64,000 nucleotides of DNA from Eledone cirrhosa. Taxonomy: Eukaryota. This document shows positions 23,643 to 37,657 of this stretch, one piece after another. Location: NCBI GenBank assembly GCA_964016885.1, contig OZ024741.1:47864001-47928000 (forward strand), written 5' to 3'. The first letter of the stretch is position 1. Every line of letters starts with the position of its first letter. The notes under the pieces are model-generated. The model saw only the letters and a list, made by a program, of their open reading frames with translations, made no database searches and was not told where the DNA came from. Position numbers and translations under genes: made by a program.

Positions 23643-24386
23643 GTCTGGTATTTAGGGTTTGGCTATGTGTATACGGGAGTTTTGCGTCCGAGTGAGTATG
23701 CAGGTTCGTACGTATGGTGGGTGTGTGTATATGTGTACTTCTTGTTTTAGTTGACTTACGTCTCCGAACATCCGTGTATTTATATGTAGGTATGTGTGTG
23801 CGCTTGTTATATACGTATTTATTTACTTATATACGTTTATATAATTATTTATTTATTTGTACACAAGCATACACACACACACATATTTATATGTGCGTGG
23901 TTTTGTATACCTATGGTAAGGTTTTGCGTATGCTTGTGTATGTCCGTATCTGTTTGCGTGTATGTATTTATTTATTTCTATTACTTCTGTATTGGATTTA
24001 TTTACTTTGTTCTTAACTCTGTAGCGGAGATTCATTTGGTCTCCTAGTTAGAATTTTAGTCTATGACTTCTGCTATACCATTTACGTGGTTTTGTCTTTG
24101 CGTGCTTTTGTTCTCCACGCTCCACATATGACTTATTATCTTCGTTTTTTCGTTCATTGCCAGAGAACGTCTCTATGCACCACCGAAGAGAACATTAGTC
24201 TACGACCTCTATTATACTATAAACGTGGTTTTGTCTTTGCGCGTAATTGTTTTTCACCGCTCCTATTAATGACGTATTATTCGTTTTTTCCCGTTCTTTG
24301 CCAGCGAACGTCACCATGAACCAAAGTATCGTCTTCCTGTCTTCCTCCGGTTGCAACGTCTTTTGAAATATCCAGTTCTGCGTTTA

Positions 24387-24460
24387 CAGATTGACTTTGT
24401 TAGTTTCAGAAGATCCAGTTAAGGGTGAAAGCAGCGATTCTTTGCTTAAACTTTAATCTG
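24387..24460 (+). ncRNA. Hammerhead-like motif with variant core CAGANGA (copies at 21876-21949 -, 57699-57772 -, 61027-61100 +)
   Basis: Stem I cagattga..agttt / aaact-ttaatctg; core CAGAAGA or CAGACGA; stem II ccc/ggg; GAAA; stem III gca/tgc. Confidence 0.6.
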
Positions 24461-24604
24461 TTATTTTAATAAATATTTGCTCTACGGTTCTTATATATTT
24501 GATATATATTTTCCTTATCGAGCCCTCTTTGGATTTTAGTCTTCAATTTTATTATTATTACTATATATATATATATATATATATATCTATATAGATATGA
24601 TCTA

Positions 24605-24642
<38 letters not shown>

Positions 24643-24657
24643 TATAGATATGATCTA

Positions 24658-24689
<32 letters not shown>

Positions 24690-24846
24690 CCGATGATTTG
24701 ATCAGAGACGCACACTGTATTTAAGGTCGAGTGACACAACTTCGAGTATTAGTGGCCTTTAGACTCACTTGATCAATGAAACAATTGATAATACTGTAAA
24801 TAAAACCCTTTTTGTACAGCCGACCATGTTATTCTTCACTCTTTCA

Positions 24847-24919
<73 letters not shown>

Positions 24920-25069
24920 CGGACTGAGACCGAGGAGACCACTAATCATGGGAGTACTCAATGCATGGGGAGATGCAGAATGGGTATAGAGATATTGGAA
25001 TTTTATCTCTCTCTTGACAACCAAAGAAGGTGTTTCAAATCATTTTATTAATATCCTTTCCTCACTTGT

Positions 25070-25154
<85 letters not shown>

Positions 25155-26136
25155 GTCAAAAACAAACTTAGTACTTATGATAAGAATCAATTTGATACAA
25201 AGTTCAACATCTACATCCTGCTCATACTCATGACAACAGTTCTTATGAACAATATAAAAAAAAATATCTTCACACATTATTATACTATGTTATAATCAAG
25301 GTTAGTTGGCAAATTGGTAGAGTTGTTAGAATGTCAGATAAATTGCTTTGCAGTATTCGTTCTGGCTCTCTACTCTCTGAGTTCAATTCCTGCTGAGGTC
25401 ACTTTTTGCCTTTCATCCATTTAAGGTGAATAAAAAATGTACCAGTCTAGTACTGAGGTTGATTCTTCCTCTATATCTTTCTCTTAATTTCTCTGGAAGA
25501 AATTTGTTCTGTATTTAGGCCTGGAGGGGTGATAGCCTCTGCCAGGTTTTAAAATACCCTACAAACACTGTATGTCACTACAGCACCCCAACAACTCTCT
25601 CAGGCATTATGGGACCATGCATGTATAATCAAGGTTAACTTTGCCTCACATCCTTTCGGGATTCATAAAATAAAGTACCAGTGTAATACTGAGGTTGATG
25701 TAACCCTTCCCCCCAATTAGTGGCCTTGTGTCTAAAATAGAAATAATACATTATAATCACACACTTCAATTACCAGATGATTTAAATATGTCATTAGATA
25801 CATATTTTGTCGTACAAAAAAAAAAAAAAAAACACATAAAAAAAACAAAACAATCCCTTCCCCCTCAAACAAACAGAATCTGTACTGAAAGGGATAAATG
25901 CTATGAGAGAAAGTAGTTTGATCCAATCTAATAACCCTGACCTGGAAAGGGGGTGAGCTCCGCCAAATTTAAAGTGCCCAAGACACTGTATGTCACAGCA
26001 GCGCTCCAATGACTCCATGAGGAGTTACAGGTTCACACACATACACATACTCACTCACTCACACATGCACACACACACACACACACTCACTCATACACAT
26101 ATATATATGTACATATATATCATCATCATCATCATA

Positions 26137-26476
26137 CGTCCGCTTTTCCCTGCTTGCAAGGGTGGGACAGGAACTGATTCTGGCTTGATTTCTACAGCTG
26201 GATGCCCTTCCTAACACCAACCTCATTTACAGTGAGTGCTAGGTGCTTTTTTTTCCATGGCACCTACACATCCACTTTACAGTGTGGGCTGGGTGCTTTT
26301 TTGCCGTGGCACCTCCACGACCACTTTGCAGTGGTCATTTCTACAGCTGAGTAAACTGGAGCAATGTGAAATAAAGTGTCTTGCTCAAGGAAACAACACA
26401 CCACCCGGTCTGAGAATTGAACTCACAACCTTTCGATTGCAAGGTCAATGCTCTAACCACTAAGCCATGTGCCTCC
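26137..26476 (-). mobile_element. tRNA-derived CORE-type SINE
   Basis: Same family as 1020-1317, with one extra internal 41-bp unit. Confidence 0.85.
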
Positions 26477-27609
26477 ATATAATATTTTAAAGGTCTCAAT
26501 TTACCACTACCTACCTACCTATATATTAATTAAATGAATGAAATATTAGTAAGGAAGATATTGTAGCTATATTAAGTGGTTGTAAATTTATGTTTATTCT
26601 CTATAGTTATCATTGAGTATAGGATCTGAGATAAACAGGAGATAAGTGAAGGAATGAGCTGATACAAAAATGTGATGTTATGGGGGTATTATATGCTGAT
26701 AAAGTCTAGAGGTTAAGTAATAACGGTGGTGAGGAATCCAGATCTGACATTGTTATATATTATAATGAAGTTACAGAAAAGTTATATACAAGTTTTTGTA
26801 CAGATGACGAAACAATGAGAGTATCTTTGTTAGCCAATGAAGGAGTGATGCTAGAGCTGTGATATCTTGCATGCATTAATTTCAAATCTTCTTATTAATA
26901 ACTGCATTGTTTCTCGTCAGGGAGACTATGTTGAAAAATACAACTCATTTGGTCATTCCATGAGAGTATCTTGGTCAGCATATGAACCTTTCAGCTGACC
27001 CTTGTACATAACTGAATCATTAATGTCTGTTTCTTTAGAAAATGTAATGCCATCCTCATTTGTATTCTATTGTTGTTGCAGTTATGATCACTAAATATTA
27101 GAGATTTATCTACTTCCATTATTATATAAAGTTAGTTAGTAATGAGTTTCCACTTTAAAATATATTACGCCTCCATAATTCTGAGAATTACTTCATGGGA
27201 AATTATTAAAGATTATCCTGTTGGTAACTGGGCTATCCTGTAAACTTTAAACACATTTTTTTATATACTGAAACTACAACCAAATTATATACTGGCACTG
27301 CAATATTTTTATATACTGACACTGAGTAAGCTAACAGGAAGGGAATACTTTGTAGAGAATGCACAGGAGTAACTGAGGGGAAGATAACCAATAATGTAGG
27401 GGTCCAGGGGCAGGGACTAAATTTTGAAGTAATAACTGTGGTTATTTGTGTGCAGTTACATGTATGAATGCATAAAGTGCAGTTTGTGCATTTTGAGTGG
27501 TTATATGGCAATAACTTTTTCTATAACTTCAAAACTTTGAGATAGAAGAGTGGAGAAAGAATTATCTTGGGGAATTCCACATAAATAAATTACATAGATC
27601 TTGTGTGCC

Positions 27610-28077
27610 ATCATCATCATCATTATCATCACCATTTAATGTCCATTTTCCATGCTAGCATGGTTTAAACGAGTTGTTCTGTAGTGAGATAGGTCAGGTC
27701 AGGTCAGGTGACCATGTCTTGCTCATACAGAACTGATTTTGGCTTGGTTTCTATAGCTGGATGCCCTTCCTAATCCCAATCACATTTACAGTGAGTACTG
27801 GGAGCTTTTTGTTGTGACACCTACATGACAACTTTACAGTATGGGCTGGGTCCTTTTTGTCATGACACCTACATGACCACTTGACAGTGTGGGCTGGGTA
27901 ATTTTTGTCATGACACCTACACAACCACTTGACAGTGTAGGCTGGGTGCTTTTTGTTGTGGCACCATCATGGCCACTTGACAGTATAAGCTGGGTACTTT
28001 TTGTTGTGACACCTACACAACCATTTGACAGTGTGAGCTGGGTGCTTTTTGTTGTGTCACCATCATGATCACTTTAC
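27610..28077 (-). repeat. SINE/RTE 3' module with ~7 tandem 41-bp units
   Basis: acagtgtgggctgggtgctttttgttgtgacacctacac repeated next to gctggatgcccttcctaa. Confidence 0.8.
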
Positions 28078-28554
28078 AAAAGATTGAAAAAGTTGTAAAC
28101 ATGAGTATGCAATGTGTGTGTAAAAATTTACTACATTTCATACAAAAATGCAAGACATGAATGTGCCATATTGTGAAATATTATTGGTCCAGTTTATATT
28201 AGTATTCAACATTATTTAGAAAGGAGTGGGTAAGAATAACTATCCTAACAATTAAGAATTTAGTTCTTTTGTTTTTCTTCTGTATGTTTGTGTTTTTTGT
28301 TTTTCTGAATGAGTCTGACATTGTTGCCAAAAGAAAATGGGCAACAGCATTCCTGGGAATCAAACACACCTCCTATTGTCCAGAGAACTGTGTTAGATGA
28401 TTACACTAACCTACCCAGCCAATTTAATTTTTGTTAAATTTTAAAAGCTATGAGTTAATAGTACTATTGTTGAGAAGATGGCAGCAACTTCTTCTTCTTC
28501 TTCTTCATCTTCTTCTTCTTTTTCTTTTTCTTTTTCTTCTTCTCCTTCTTCTTG

Positions 28555-28900
28555 AGAGAGAGGGTTGTGGGGGCAGAGTCCTCAAACACTCCTTCCAGTG
28601 AGAACAGCCAAGCTCATGGATGTTATCCAACCATCTTGCTCAGGGTGTATCCCCGAGTCTCCTGCCTGTTGGTTTTCCCCATAAAATCTGTCCAGTTATT
28701 CTTTCTGGAGACATTCTAACCACATGCTTATAGTTTTGGAGCTGTGATTTCTCAAATCGGAGAAGTAGTGGCTCTACCTGGAGTGACTCTATGCACTGCA
28801 TCAAGTAATGTTACTCCAAAGATCCTTTGGAGGAACCCCATTTTGGCCGCTTGTATTCGCGATCATATTCTTTCGGTCATTACGCAAGATTCATGACCAT
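28555..28900 (-). mobile_element. Old RTE-like LINE 3' fragment (third family)
   Basis: Similar to 51660-52065. Confidence 0.65.
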
Positions 28901-30849
28901 TATGAAAAAGTTAGTTGTTAAGTCTCTCTAGCAAAGTTGTTACACTACAAATTTTTATCTTTCATTGGCCAGAAAAAGTAGAATTTACCTGACTAGTATA
29001 TTGTCTTCATAGAACTTCATAAGAAAAAGAGTATCCAGCTACTGTACATGAAGTGATCAGTAGCTTATAACTACTTATAGTTTATAGAAACTAGGACTCG
29101 GCTAAACTGGTTTGTCTGATTTTCATAACTGTCTATGCTGACAACATGGAGAATCAAGTAATCCTTTTATTGTGATATTTCTAATGAAATACACTGCTTA
29201 TATAGAATTATAATGGAAGGATTTTATATATATATAAGTATTTTAAAATAAACAGTTTTGTATCATAGAACCAGAGTTCTTTTGAAATGTGAGGTGTACA
29301 TTAAAAAAAAAAAGTTAACATTCAATTTTACCCTGAAGTAATGGGAAATAGATTATTTTGCTCCATACACAACCTTACAATTATGAGCTGAACACCCTAA
29401 CCACTGAACAATATGCCTTCAACAAAAAGAAAAGAATATTTTAGCAGCTAAAAATGCCAATTTGAATTCCTTGAATGGAAATGTTGTCAACAACACTTAC
29501 ACATTCATACAGTCTTTGGCAAATAAAAAATATTTCTGCTATTCTGTATATCAGTGACACCTCACCTCTCCTAGTATTATATATGTTAAAGAATATGAAT
29601 CTTCAACTGCCACTGAGAGAGAAGAATCAATGCTATGCTGACATGTTACAAAGAACGGTGTTCTTATGACTAAGAATTACAAACAAGAATAAACAAAAAT
29701 TCTTAATATAATAACAACAAAATACACGTTTTTCTGGCTATAAATATTAGTGAGTTTGGAAGAGGTTTGTGGACATTTGTTGCTCCAGAAAAGTTTTGGA
29801 CTGTGATATATTATCTTATCAGGAGGATGGAGCATGGCTGGGATGTGTCACAAAGAGTATATCTTCTTGCCTGAGGAATTTGTCTAAGAATGGGCAACGT
29901 GAAAAGGGACAAGCCTTACTGGGTGCCCAGTGTGCTGTCCATCATGAACATGGTGATCATTATCATCAGTTAATGCCCATTTTCCATGCCAGAACAGGTT
30001 GGATGAGTTATCACATAGACCAAGTCAGTACTCAACCAGAGCAGAAACCATCCATGTCTTGCTTACATAAGTTCCAGTTTTGGCATGGTTTCTACAGGTG
30101 ATGCCTTTATTAGTGCCAACGACTTTACAAAATATACTAGATGTATTTTATCATAGCACCAGCAGTAGGAAGGTTGTTGTGTCCTTGACATGATTAGGGA
30201 AAATCTGATAGTTGTATCTTCTTAGTATTGAGCAAGAGATTTTATTTCTTGCTGCTCCGGTTTACTCAGATGTAGAAATGAGTTGCAGCGTCACTGGTGC
30301 CAAGCTGTATCTACATTGGACAACATTGGTGGCATGGAGAGAGGAGGCTAGTATGCATGGGCAACTGCTGGTCTTCTACAAAACAACCTTGCCAGGACTT
30401 GTCTCAGAGGGGAACTTTCTAGGTGCAAATCTCATGGTCATTGATGACCAAAGGGGGTCTTTACTTAGTATTGAAGACCAATGGCAGGGAGAGAGAGTGC
30501 AACATACCACAACCACATGGGCAATGCATAGGCTCATATCACAATGCATGAACTAATGCAATAATGGGGACAGTTAGGGGCACTGACATTGTTTCCTGAC
30601 TTGCTGTTACTTTTCTAGCTCAAGATAAGTTGCTGACATTTGGTCAGGAGGTTTCAGTATGAACTTAGAAGTCCCAAAACTGTAGAATATTATGAGGCCA
30701 TACAAGAATTGTGCTCTGTCATGGGTGTAGAGCATAACACCCAACTGTTACACTTGTGACAGTAAGAGCCCCTTGAGAGATTTTTACCCTGAGGAACTTG
30801 AGAGGGAGGTGGGTTGGTGGGGGAGTGGACAGCAACAGAACCAGCAATG

Positions 30850-31075
30850 ATAATGATTTCTACTATAGGCACAAGGCCAATAATTTGAGGGAAAGGGGAA
30901 AGTCAACTAAATCAACCCCAGTGCATTACTGGTACTTTATTTTATTGACCCTGTAAGGATGAAAGGCAAAGCTAACCTCAGCGGGATTTGAACTCAGAAT
31001 GTAAAGGGCCGTAACTAAATACTGCAAAGTATTTTGTCCGATGCTCTACTGATTCTGCCAATCCACCAACAATAA
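30850..31075 (-). mobile_element. tRNA-related SINE with Meta-domain-like core
   Basis: Reverse complement of the 39594-39785 family. Confidence 0.75.
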
Positions 31076-31959
31076 TAATGGCAAATGTTGGAAGCTGCTA
31101 GCCAAACAGTACCACTTGTGACATCAGTTGTTGTAGCTCCCAGGACCAAAAATTGACAAACAAGGCTCCCTCCCCCCAGTCACAACTAGTAGTTTTCCAA
31201 CATTGTCTTCTGTCAATGAGAAGGACATGGGGAGTGAGCGGGACGGGGGGGGGTCGATTGTGAGCCATGTTTGGTGTGAGGGCCATAGTTTGCTATCAGT
31301 CTGTATACACTAATATTCTACTTAATTAAGGTAGGACTTATAGGACAAATAATAAGGAGTGGGGAGTTGAAATAAGCATTGTGGAGAGGTTTGGAATAAG
31401 CTTTGGGGTTGGAAAATTGGTAATTTTTCTAGGTTGTCTCCATTGATTTAAAAAAAAACAACAGAATTAGTTGTCTAGTGTATTTATTGAGATCTCAACC
31501 CATCCTATTTATTTTATAACATATGAGATTTCTAGTAATGATCTATTTTTGTTATGTATAATGTTTTTTTTAATTTTGAAAGAAAATTAATGCTACCACT
31601 TTAGATAAAATTTCGCTGGAGATATATAAGCAAAATTTAATAAGCTGGGAGGATGGATTCATGCAGGAAAAAGGAAGGATCATGTATATAAGACTAGCCC
31701 GCGTAACTGAAGAGGTCACAGTGACACCATAGTTCTATATATCTTGTTAGTTTACATTTTTCATTCTTTCTCCATTATTTTTTATCTTTCGCTATTCTCT
31801 AAAATTTCTGCCCCATCTATCTCATTCCTGCTTTTCTCTTCTCTATAACCCTCTCATTTTGCAACTCATGCTTTAGACTCTATTTCTTCCATTCTCTCCC
31901 TCTCTCCATTCCTCTGCTCAATATGTGGTTATATTTTAACCTGACTTTTTACTATATTT

Positions 31960-32390
31960 GATGGAATGAGGGGATAAAAGCTGACCTTGCACAACTCAAC
32001 CTCTCAAAGACAATCACACAGGATCGAGATGTTTGGCGTTATGCAGTAATACAAAAGACATGCCTTCCCATGCACATAGACTCAAACATACATCTAGTAG
32101 GCACCTCTTAACTACTATAACAACCCCCCCCCCCCCCACACACTCCTGTCCACACCGCCCTTACATTGTGAACAAAATATATCCTGCCCACACTGTAAAG
32201 TGGTCGAGTAAGTGTCACGACAAAAAGCACCCAGCCCACACTGTAAATGTGGTTTGCATTAGGAAGAGCATCCAGCTGTAGAAACAGTTCTGTGTGAACA
32301 TGACATGGTCACCTGACCCAGCTCAAATGGGACGAGCCGTCTAACCCATGCCAGTGTGGAAAATAGATGTTAAATGATAATGATGATAGT
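31960..32390 (+). mobile_element. Diverged RTE LINE 3' end
   Basis: Similar to 7610-8020. Confidence 0.7.
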
Positions 32391-32560
32391 AATCAGCTGT
32401 GTAGAGCAACCCACTTCACTGAGATTCCTACAATTTTATGAAAATTCATATGCACTTATCACTTCAATCCTCTTCAGTCAATGTTTACTGCCTTTTCATA
32501 TCTTTTTCAAAATACTCAGGAATTTGGAGTGATTTCGTAAACTAACTAATTTCCTAATTA

Positions 32561-32786
32561 TTAACCTTTCAGCATTTAAATTGGCCGTATCTGGCCAGAT
32601 TTCTCTCCCCTCTTTCTGTTCAAACTTGCTGTTACCGGCCATAACTGGCCACTCATACTGATGTTAAGGTATTGTTCTCAAAATAAATAATGTCAAAATC
32701 TCATAGATTCAATATTATGTGAGATAAAGTCTTTACCATGAAAATATAATAGTAAATATAGAGTAATGTAAATGGTAAAGGGTTAA
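32561..32786. mobile_element. ~225-bp MITE with TTAA-bounded TIRs (piggyBac-like); copies at 40087-40503 (nested), 47124-47353, 48271-48486
   Basis: ttaaccctttagcattta-type inverted ends and a shared internal sequence. Confidence 0.7.
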
Positions 32787-33173
32787 GCTGGTGTTATGAA
32801 CGTAACTAAAGTTGTTGATGTAATGCCTTGCAGTATCTTTTTCAACTCTTTATGTTTTTGAGTTTATCTAAGACGGCATTGATACCAAACTGTACTGACC
32901 CTTGGACAACATTGGTAGCATAGACAAGGGAGAGTGACTGCTAGTCTTAAAAACAAAATTAGCACTTTGCCCAGGTTTGTGCATTGAAGAGGAACTTTAT
33001 AGGTACAAACCCATAAATTTCACACACATACACTCATACATGCACACACACACATATATGAACACATACATATATGCACACATACATATATGCACACCTA
33101 CACACACTCACACTCATACATTCATGCACATACACATACATGCACATTCACATGCACACACACATGCATGCAC

Positions 33174-33208
<35 letters not shown>

Positions 33209-33945
33209 TACTTGCATACACACATACATGCACACACACACACACATGCATGCACACACATACACACACACACTCACACATACACACACATACCTACACA
33301 CTCATAGATATATGCATGCATACACACATGTGCAGACACATGTTGCCTCCCTGACTCCCCCAGAGGTTACAGAGGGACAATACATCATACATATAAATTT
33401 ATAGTAAAGCACATGAATAATTTCCACCTAATTACAGCATACGTTGCTTTCGTTAGCCAGTTTATGTAGAACTGTAATTAACAATTAACATCTCTCATTA
33501 TCTCCACCCTCTCTCTATCACTGCTATGGTCGTCATCATCATCACCACCCCCAAATTCATCATCGTCATCATCATCATCATCATCATCGTTGTCACCACC
33601 ACCATCATCATCATCAATATCATTGTCATTACCGTCATTATCACCACCACCACCACCATCATCATCATTATTGTCATTACCATCATCATCATATCATCAT
33701 CAATATCTTCATCATCATCACCACCATCATTGTCATCATCCATATCCTCACCCTCACACAATAAGACCACATTGTTAATGTCAACATATTAATCCAAACC
33801 ACACAATTCACCATTCCACATTCACAACTACCACCACCTTTACCATGCCTGGGATTGCAGACCCAAGATGACCCCAGTCTCATTGAACAAGAAGTTCCAT
33901 TTTCACCACCACCACCACAACTACCATTACTACTACCACTACTAA

Positions 33946-34135
33946 CGGTGGATTGGCAGTATCGGTAGAGGGTCAGACACCATGCTTTCCAGCATAGTTA
34001 TGTCCCTTTACGATCTGAGTTCAAATCCCGCCGAGGTTGACTTTGCCTTTCATCCTTACGGGGTCGATAAAATAAAGTACCAGTAATGCACTGAGTAATT
34101 GCTGGCCTTGTGCCTAAAGTAGAAACAATTATTAC
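33946..34135 (+). mobile_element. tRNA-related SINE with Meta-domain-like core
   Basis: ggattggcag..gagttcaaatcccgccgaggttgactttgcctttcatcc..gtcgataaaataaagtacc. Confidence 0.8.
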
Positions 34136-34759
34136 TACCACTACTATTACTACTACCACCACCACCACCTTTATCACCACTATCACTACCACCACCACTA
34201 CCATCACTACCATTACCATCACCATCATTACAGCAGCATCACCTTCACCACCACAAACCCCACCACCACTATCACCACCATTACCATCATCATAACTAAC
34301 AATAGCATCATCATCACCACCACTTATCCCACCACCATCACTACCACAAACCTCCCCCCCCCCCACTAACCATCACCATCATCACAACTAACAACAGAAC
34401 CACCATCACCACCACAAACCTTCCCCCCTCCCAGTAACCATCACCACCATCACAACTAACAACAGAACCACCATCACCACCACAAACCTTACCATCACCA
34501 CCACTATCACTACCACAACTAACTCCACCATCACCACTACCACCAACATATATCCCATCATGTTAACTAGTAAACAGGATGTGAGAGAACAAGAGGATAG
34601 GTCCTACTTTAGCTTCCACTTAGATTTGTTATAACAAAATTACAACCTAATTACTTAGTACTCATTTAATAATGCATGTTCCCTCAATTTACCATTGGTA
34701 AACTAATTTCATTAGCAGTTACTGATGACAGTATTTTTATTTATGTATTTTTATTTATG

Positions 34760-35115
34760 TATAAGAAATTCAAAACATGGAAGCAAGGCCTAGAAACACT
34801 GTGTCTTAAAGTCAATCTGACAAAGAGTAAGGTCCTAGTAAGTAGAAGAGAAAACAGAACTCTGATCCCCCCAGGGCAATGGCCTTACTCAGTATGTAGG
34901 AAAGGTGTAGGTAGAAATTCCAACTTCCCTAAATGCAAATTATGGGTACACAAGAGATGTAGCAGGATCTCAGGAAGTTTAGCTAAAAATGTAGGCTTTA
35001 CATGTAGCGGTTGCACCGAGACCGTAAGCAGCAAATGACCACAGGAAACAAGCACTAAGCTTGTGTTACTTGGGTGACCAAATTAACAGCGGAGGTGGGT
35101 GTTCTGAAAGCATCA
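34760..35115 (+). mobile_element. Decayed internal RTE fragment covering the PHD region
   Basis: ORF 34676-35038: FKTWKQGLE..WPYSVCRKGVGRNS..WVHKRC. Confidence 0.8.
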
Positions 35116-36171
35116 CACCTTCACGAAATGACCAAATGAAGTTTATTTTTCAACATAGTTCCTGGGAAGAAACAATACAGTTATTAATAAGAAGAGTTGA
35201 AATTAATGCATACAAGATTTCACAGCTCTAGCATCACTCCTTTGTAGGCTGACCAAGGTACTCACATGTAATGTGACCAAATGAGGTTTGTTTTTCAACT
35301 AAGTCCCTAGAAAGAAACAATGCAGTTATTAATAAGAGTTGAAATTAATGCATGTAAGATAGTCAGCCTATGAACTTGACTCTTGTATGTTTTGGTGAAA
35401 AGGCTGACAAAAGAGAACAAGAGAAAACAAATGCATCTTTTTGTCTAAAATAGTTATTTATTTTGTCAAATATTGGATTTGAAACTATGTTCAAATCTTT
35501 GCTTGATTCGTGGAAATCATCATATTAACAATGAGAGAATTATGACAAATTGATGGAGCAAAATTGCGAACTACAGAATGTTTGTATGTTTAGATGCTTT
35601 GTATGAAAAAGAGACAGAAAAGCCAATGGTGTGAGTGAAGAATTTAGGGAGAGTAAGAAATGATAGCCATGACAGGCTGCCATAACCTGTGGTGAAGCTA
35701 GTAGTTGGCAGAAGATCACTGCTGTTATCAAAGTCTGTGACCAACTGAGAGGATAGACACTTTCTGCTTTGCCTTTTATAGGTGACAACAACCTCATGCT
35801 GTGTTCGGTTATTTTGCAAATTTTGCACTGAAATTAATATGTTAATGCATACACTATGAAAATAGCCATAGTTTCATACAATAACAAACTATTTAGTGTA
35901 TGATTTTGCTACAGACATTTGTCAGAGTAGTTACTGTGTCTTAGTTGTCAATAACCATGGAATTTCCATGAGTCCAGCTAGTTATAATAATTTTACTGTT
36001 ATTCTTACCAATTCTGTGACCCTCCAGATTTGTGAAAGCACAGCTGGGTGGAACAGTGTGTCACTTCCCTCTATCTCGGTTACAAAGTCTTTACCAGTTT
36101 ATTCTGTGATGTTATTCAACCATTTTCTTTTGATGTCCTTGCCTTCTCTTTCTCTGGACTGTTCCTTAGAG

Positions 36172-36560
36172 CAGCGGTCACCAACCTTTCGGACCTCATG
36201 GACTACTAAATTCATGATTTTAAATCCTGCGGACGATTAATAAGAATCTTTTTAAAAAGATAATACATTTGTAAAATAATGATCTGAGAACTTCCATTTT
36301 ATTAAACAATACTGAAGCATATGTGTGTCATATTGTCAATAGATGATACCTATGTGTAAAATTCTTTCATGGATGTTAGTTCTTTACTGAAGAGAAACAT
36401 TTTTTAGGAGTGTTATAAAATATATTTTAACCAAATATTATTTTTGTTTAATTATTAATAAAACGTAAAAATTACAAATAATGTCCAAATTTTTCTGCTG
36501 ACCACCAACATTTTCTCTTGGACCATCAATGGTCTGTTGACCACCAGTTGGCAACTGCTT
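36172..36560. mobile_element. Non-autonomous hAT (Charlie-like) element
   Basis: Imperfect TIR cagcggtcaccaac / gttggcaactgctt; 8-bp TSD ccttagag / ccttagat. Confidence 0.65.
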
Positions 36561-36744
36561 CCTTAGATAATGGTCTTGGTCACTCTATCAGATCTTGTTA
36601 TGTGACTGTACCATCTCATTTTTCTTTTCTTTACAGTGTTTATCAGGTCTTCTTAGTTGTCCATATGTTGTCTGATTGCCATGGAAATATTTCTGTTGAT
36701 TATGTTATTAAATTCTTCTTCATTTATAATTAATTAATTTTCAG

Positions 36745-36986
36745 ACTTAATCCAGACATTAAATGAAATGATTATGCTGGGAATAAATCCAGCTGAAAAA
36801 GCTGAGGCTGACCAGACGTTACTTACAGTAATCCAAAACCACATGGAACATTCTGAGAAGCTGCAGGCCCTCTATCTTGTTGATGGCTCTTCTATGTTAG
36901 CAGCTTGCTCTAATCTTGGACTTGAAGAATGTCAGAAGTTCTTGCTGAGGAACAACATTTTTAATTCTTTTGAACTCAATGGAAAG
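36745..36986 (+). CDS. Host ANK-LRR (LRRK/ROCO-like) gene, first visible exon
   Basis: ttttcag acceptor and gtaaat donor; LIQTLNEMIMLG..MLAACSNLGLEECQKFLL; ends phase 0, compatible with the next exon. Confidence 0.7.
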
Positions 36987-37482
36987 GTAAATTGATCTTG
37001 GAATTCATTTTTGCATCGTAATCTTCACTATCGCTAACTTCATCATCACCACCACCACCACCACCACCACCACCACCACCACCACCATCATCATCATCAC
37101 AACAATCATCATCATTATCACCACAACAATTATCATCATCACCATCATCATTACCATCACAATCAGTATTACCATCATCACCACTATCATCACCATTATT
37201 ATTACCATCAGCATCACCACCATCACTATCATTGCCATCATCATTGACATCATCATCATCACCATCATTGACATCATCATCAACTTTAAGATTGTGATCA
37301 TGATGATCATCATCACCACTATCACCATAGTCATCATAATCAACTTTACAATCATGACCATGATCATCATCATTATCATCACCATCATCAACATTATCAT
37401 CATCACCATCATCATCATCACCATCAATAACATTTAAGCCATTTAAAAAAAATATATTTATTGTACTTTCATCTGTTTCCAG

Positions 37483-37657
37483 TGTAAAATCCTGGTACAA
37501 GCTTGCAAGAATAATTTCAAGGATGTTGTTAACTTACTTTTCCACAAAGGTGTCATGTTATCTAAACAGAGTATTTGTTCCGAAGATTCTTGTTTTTACC
37601 AGGCTACAATCAATGGAAATGTGAATATCTTGAAACAACTAATTAAATTTGATCATG
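37483..37657 (+). CDS. Host ANK-LRR gene exon (ankyrin repeats)
   Basis: AG/GT borders; CKILVQACKNNFKDVVNLLFHKG..CFYQATINGNVNILKQLI; phase 0 to 1. Confidence 0.82.

Larger units (their letters stand above)
21860..24562 (-). mobile_element. 5'-truncated PLE with ~830-bp inverted arms (21860-22691 / 23645-24476) and a tail (24477-24562)
   Basis: Direct reverse-complement match of the arms; GIY-YIG ORF in the loop; (TA)n flanks. Confidence 0.92.

Noticed and set aside
31581-31732. Possible upstream exon of the host gene (also 21638-21741 and 35594-35630)
   Set aside because: No convincing splice pair, phase match or domain similarity.
36976-37500. Poly-Asp/Gly and poly-Met/Val ORFs (also 33498-34366, 38263-39011)
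   Set aside because: (CAT)/(CAC) trinucleotide tracts in non-coding or intronic sequence; no domain signal.
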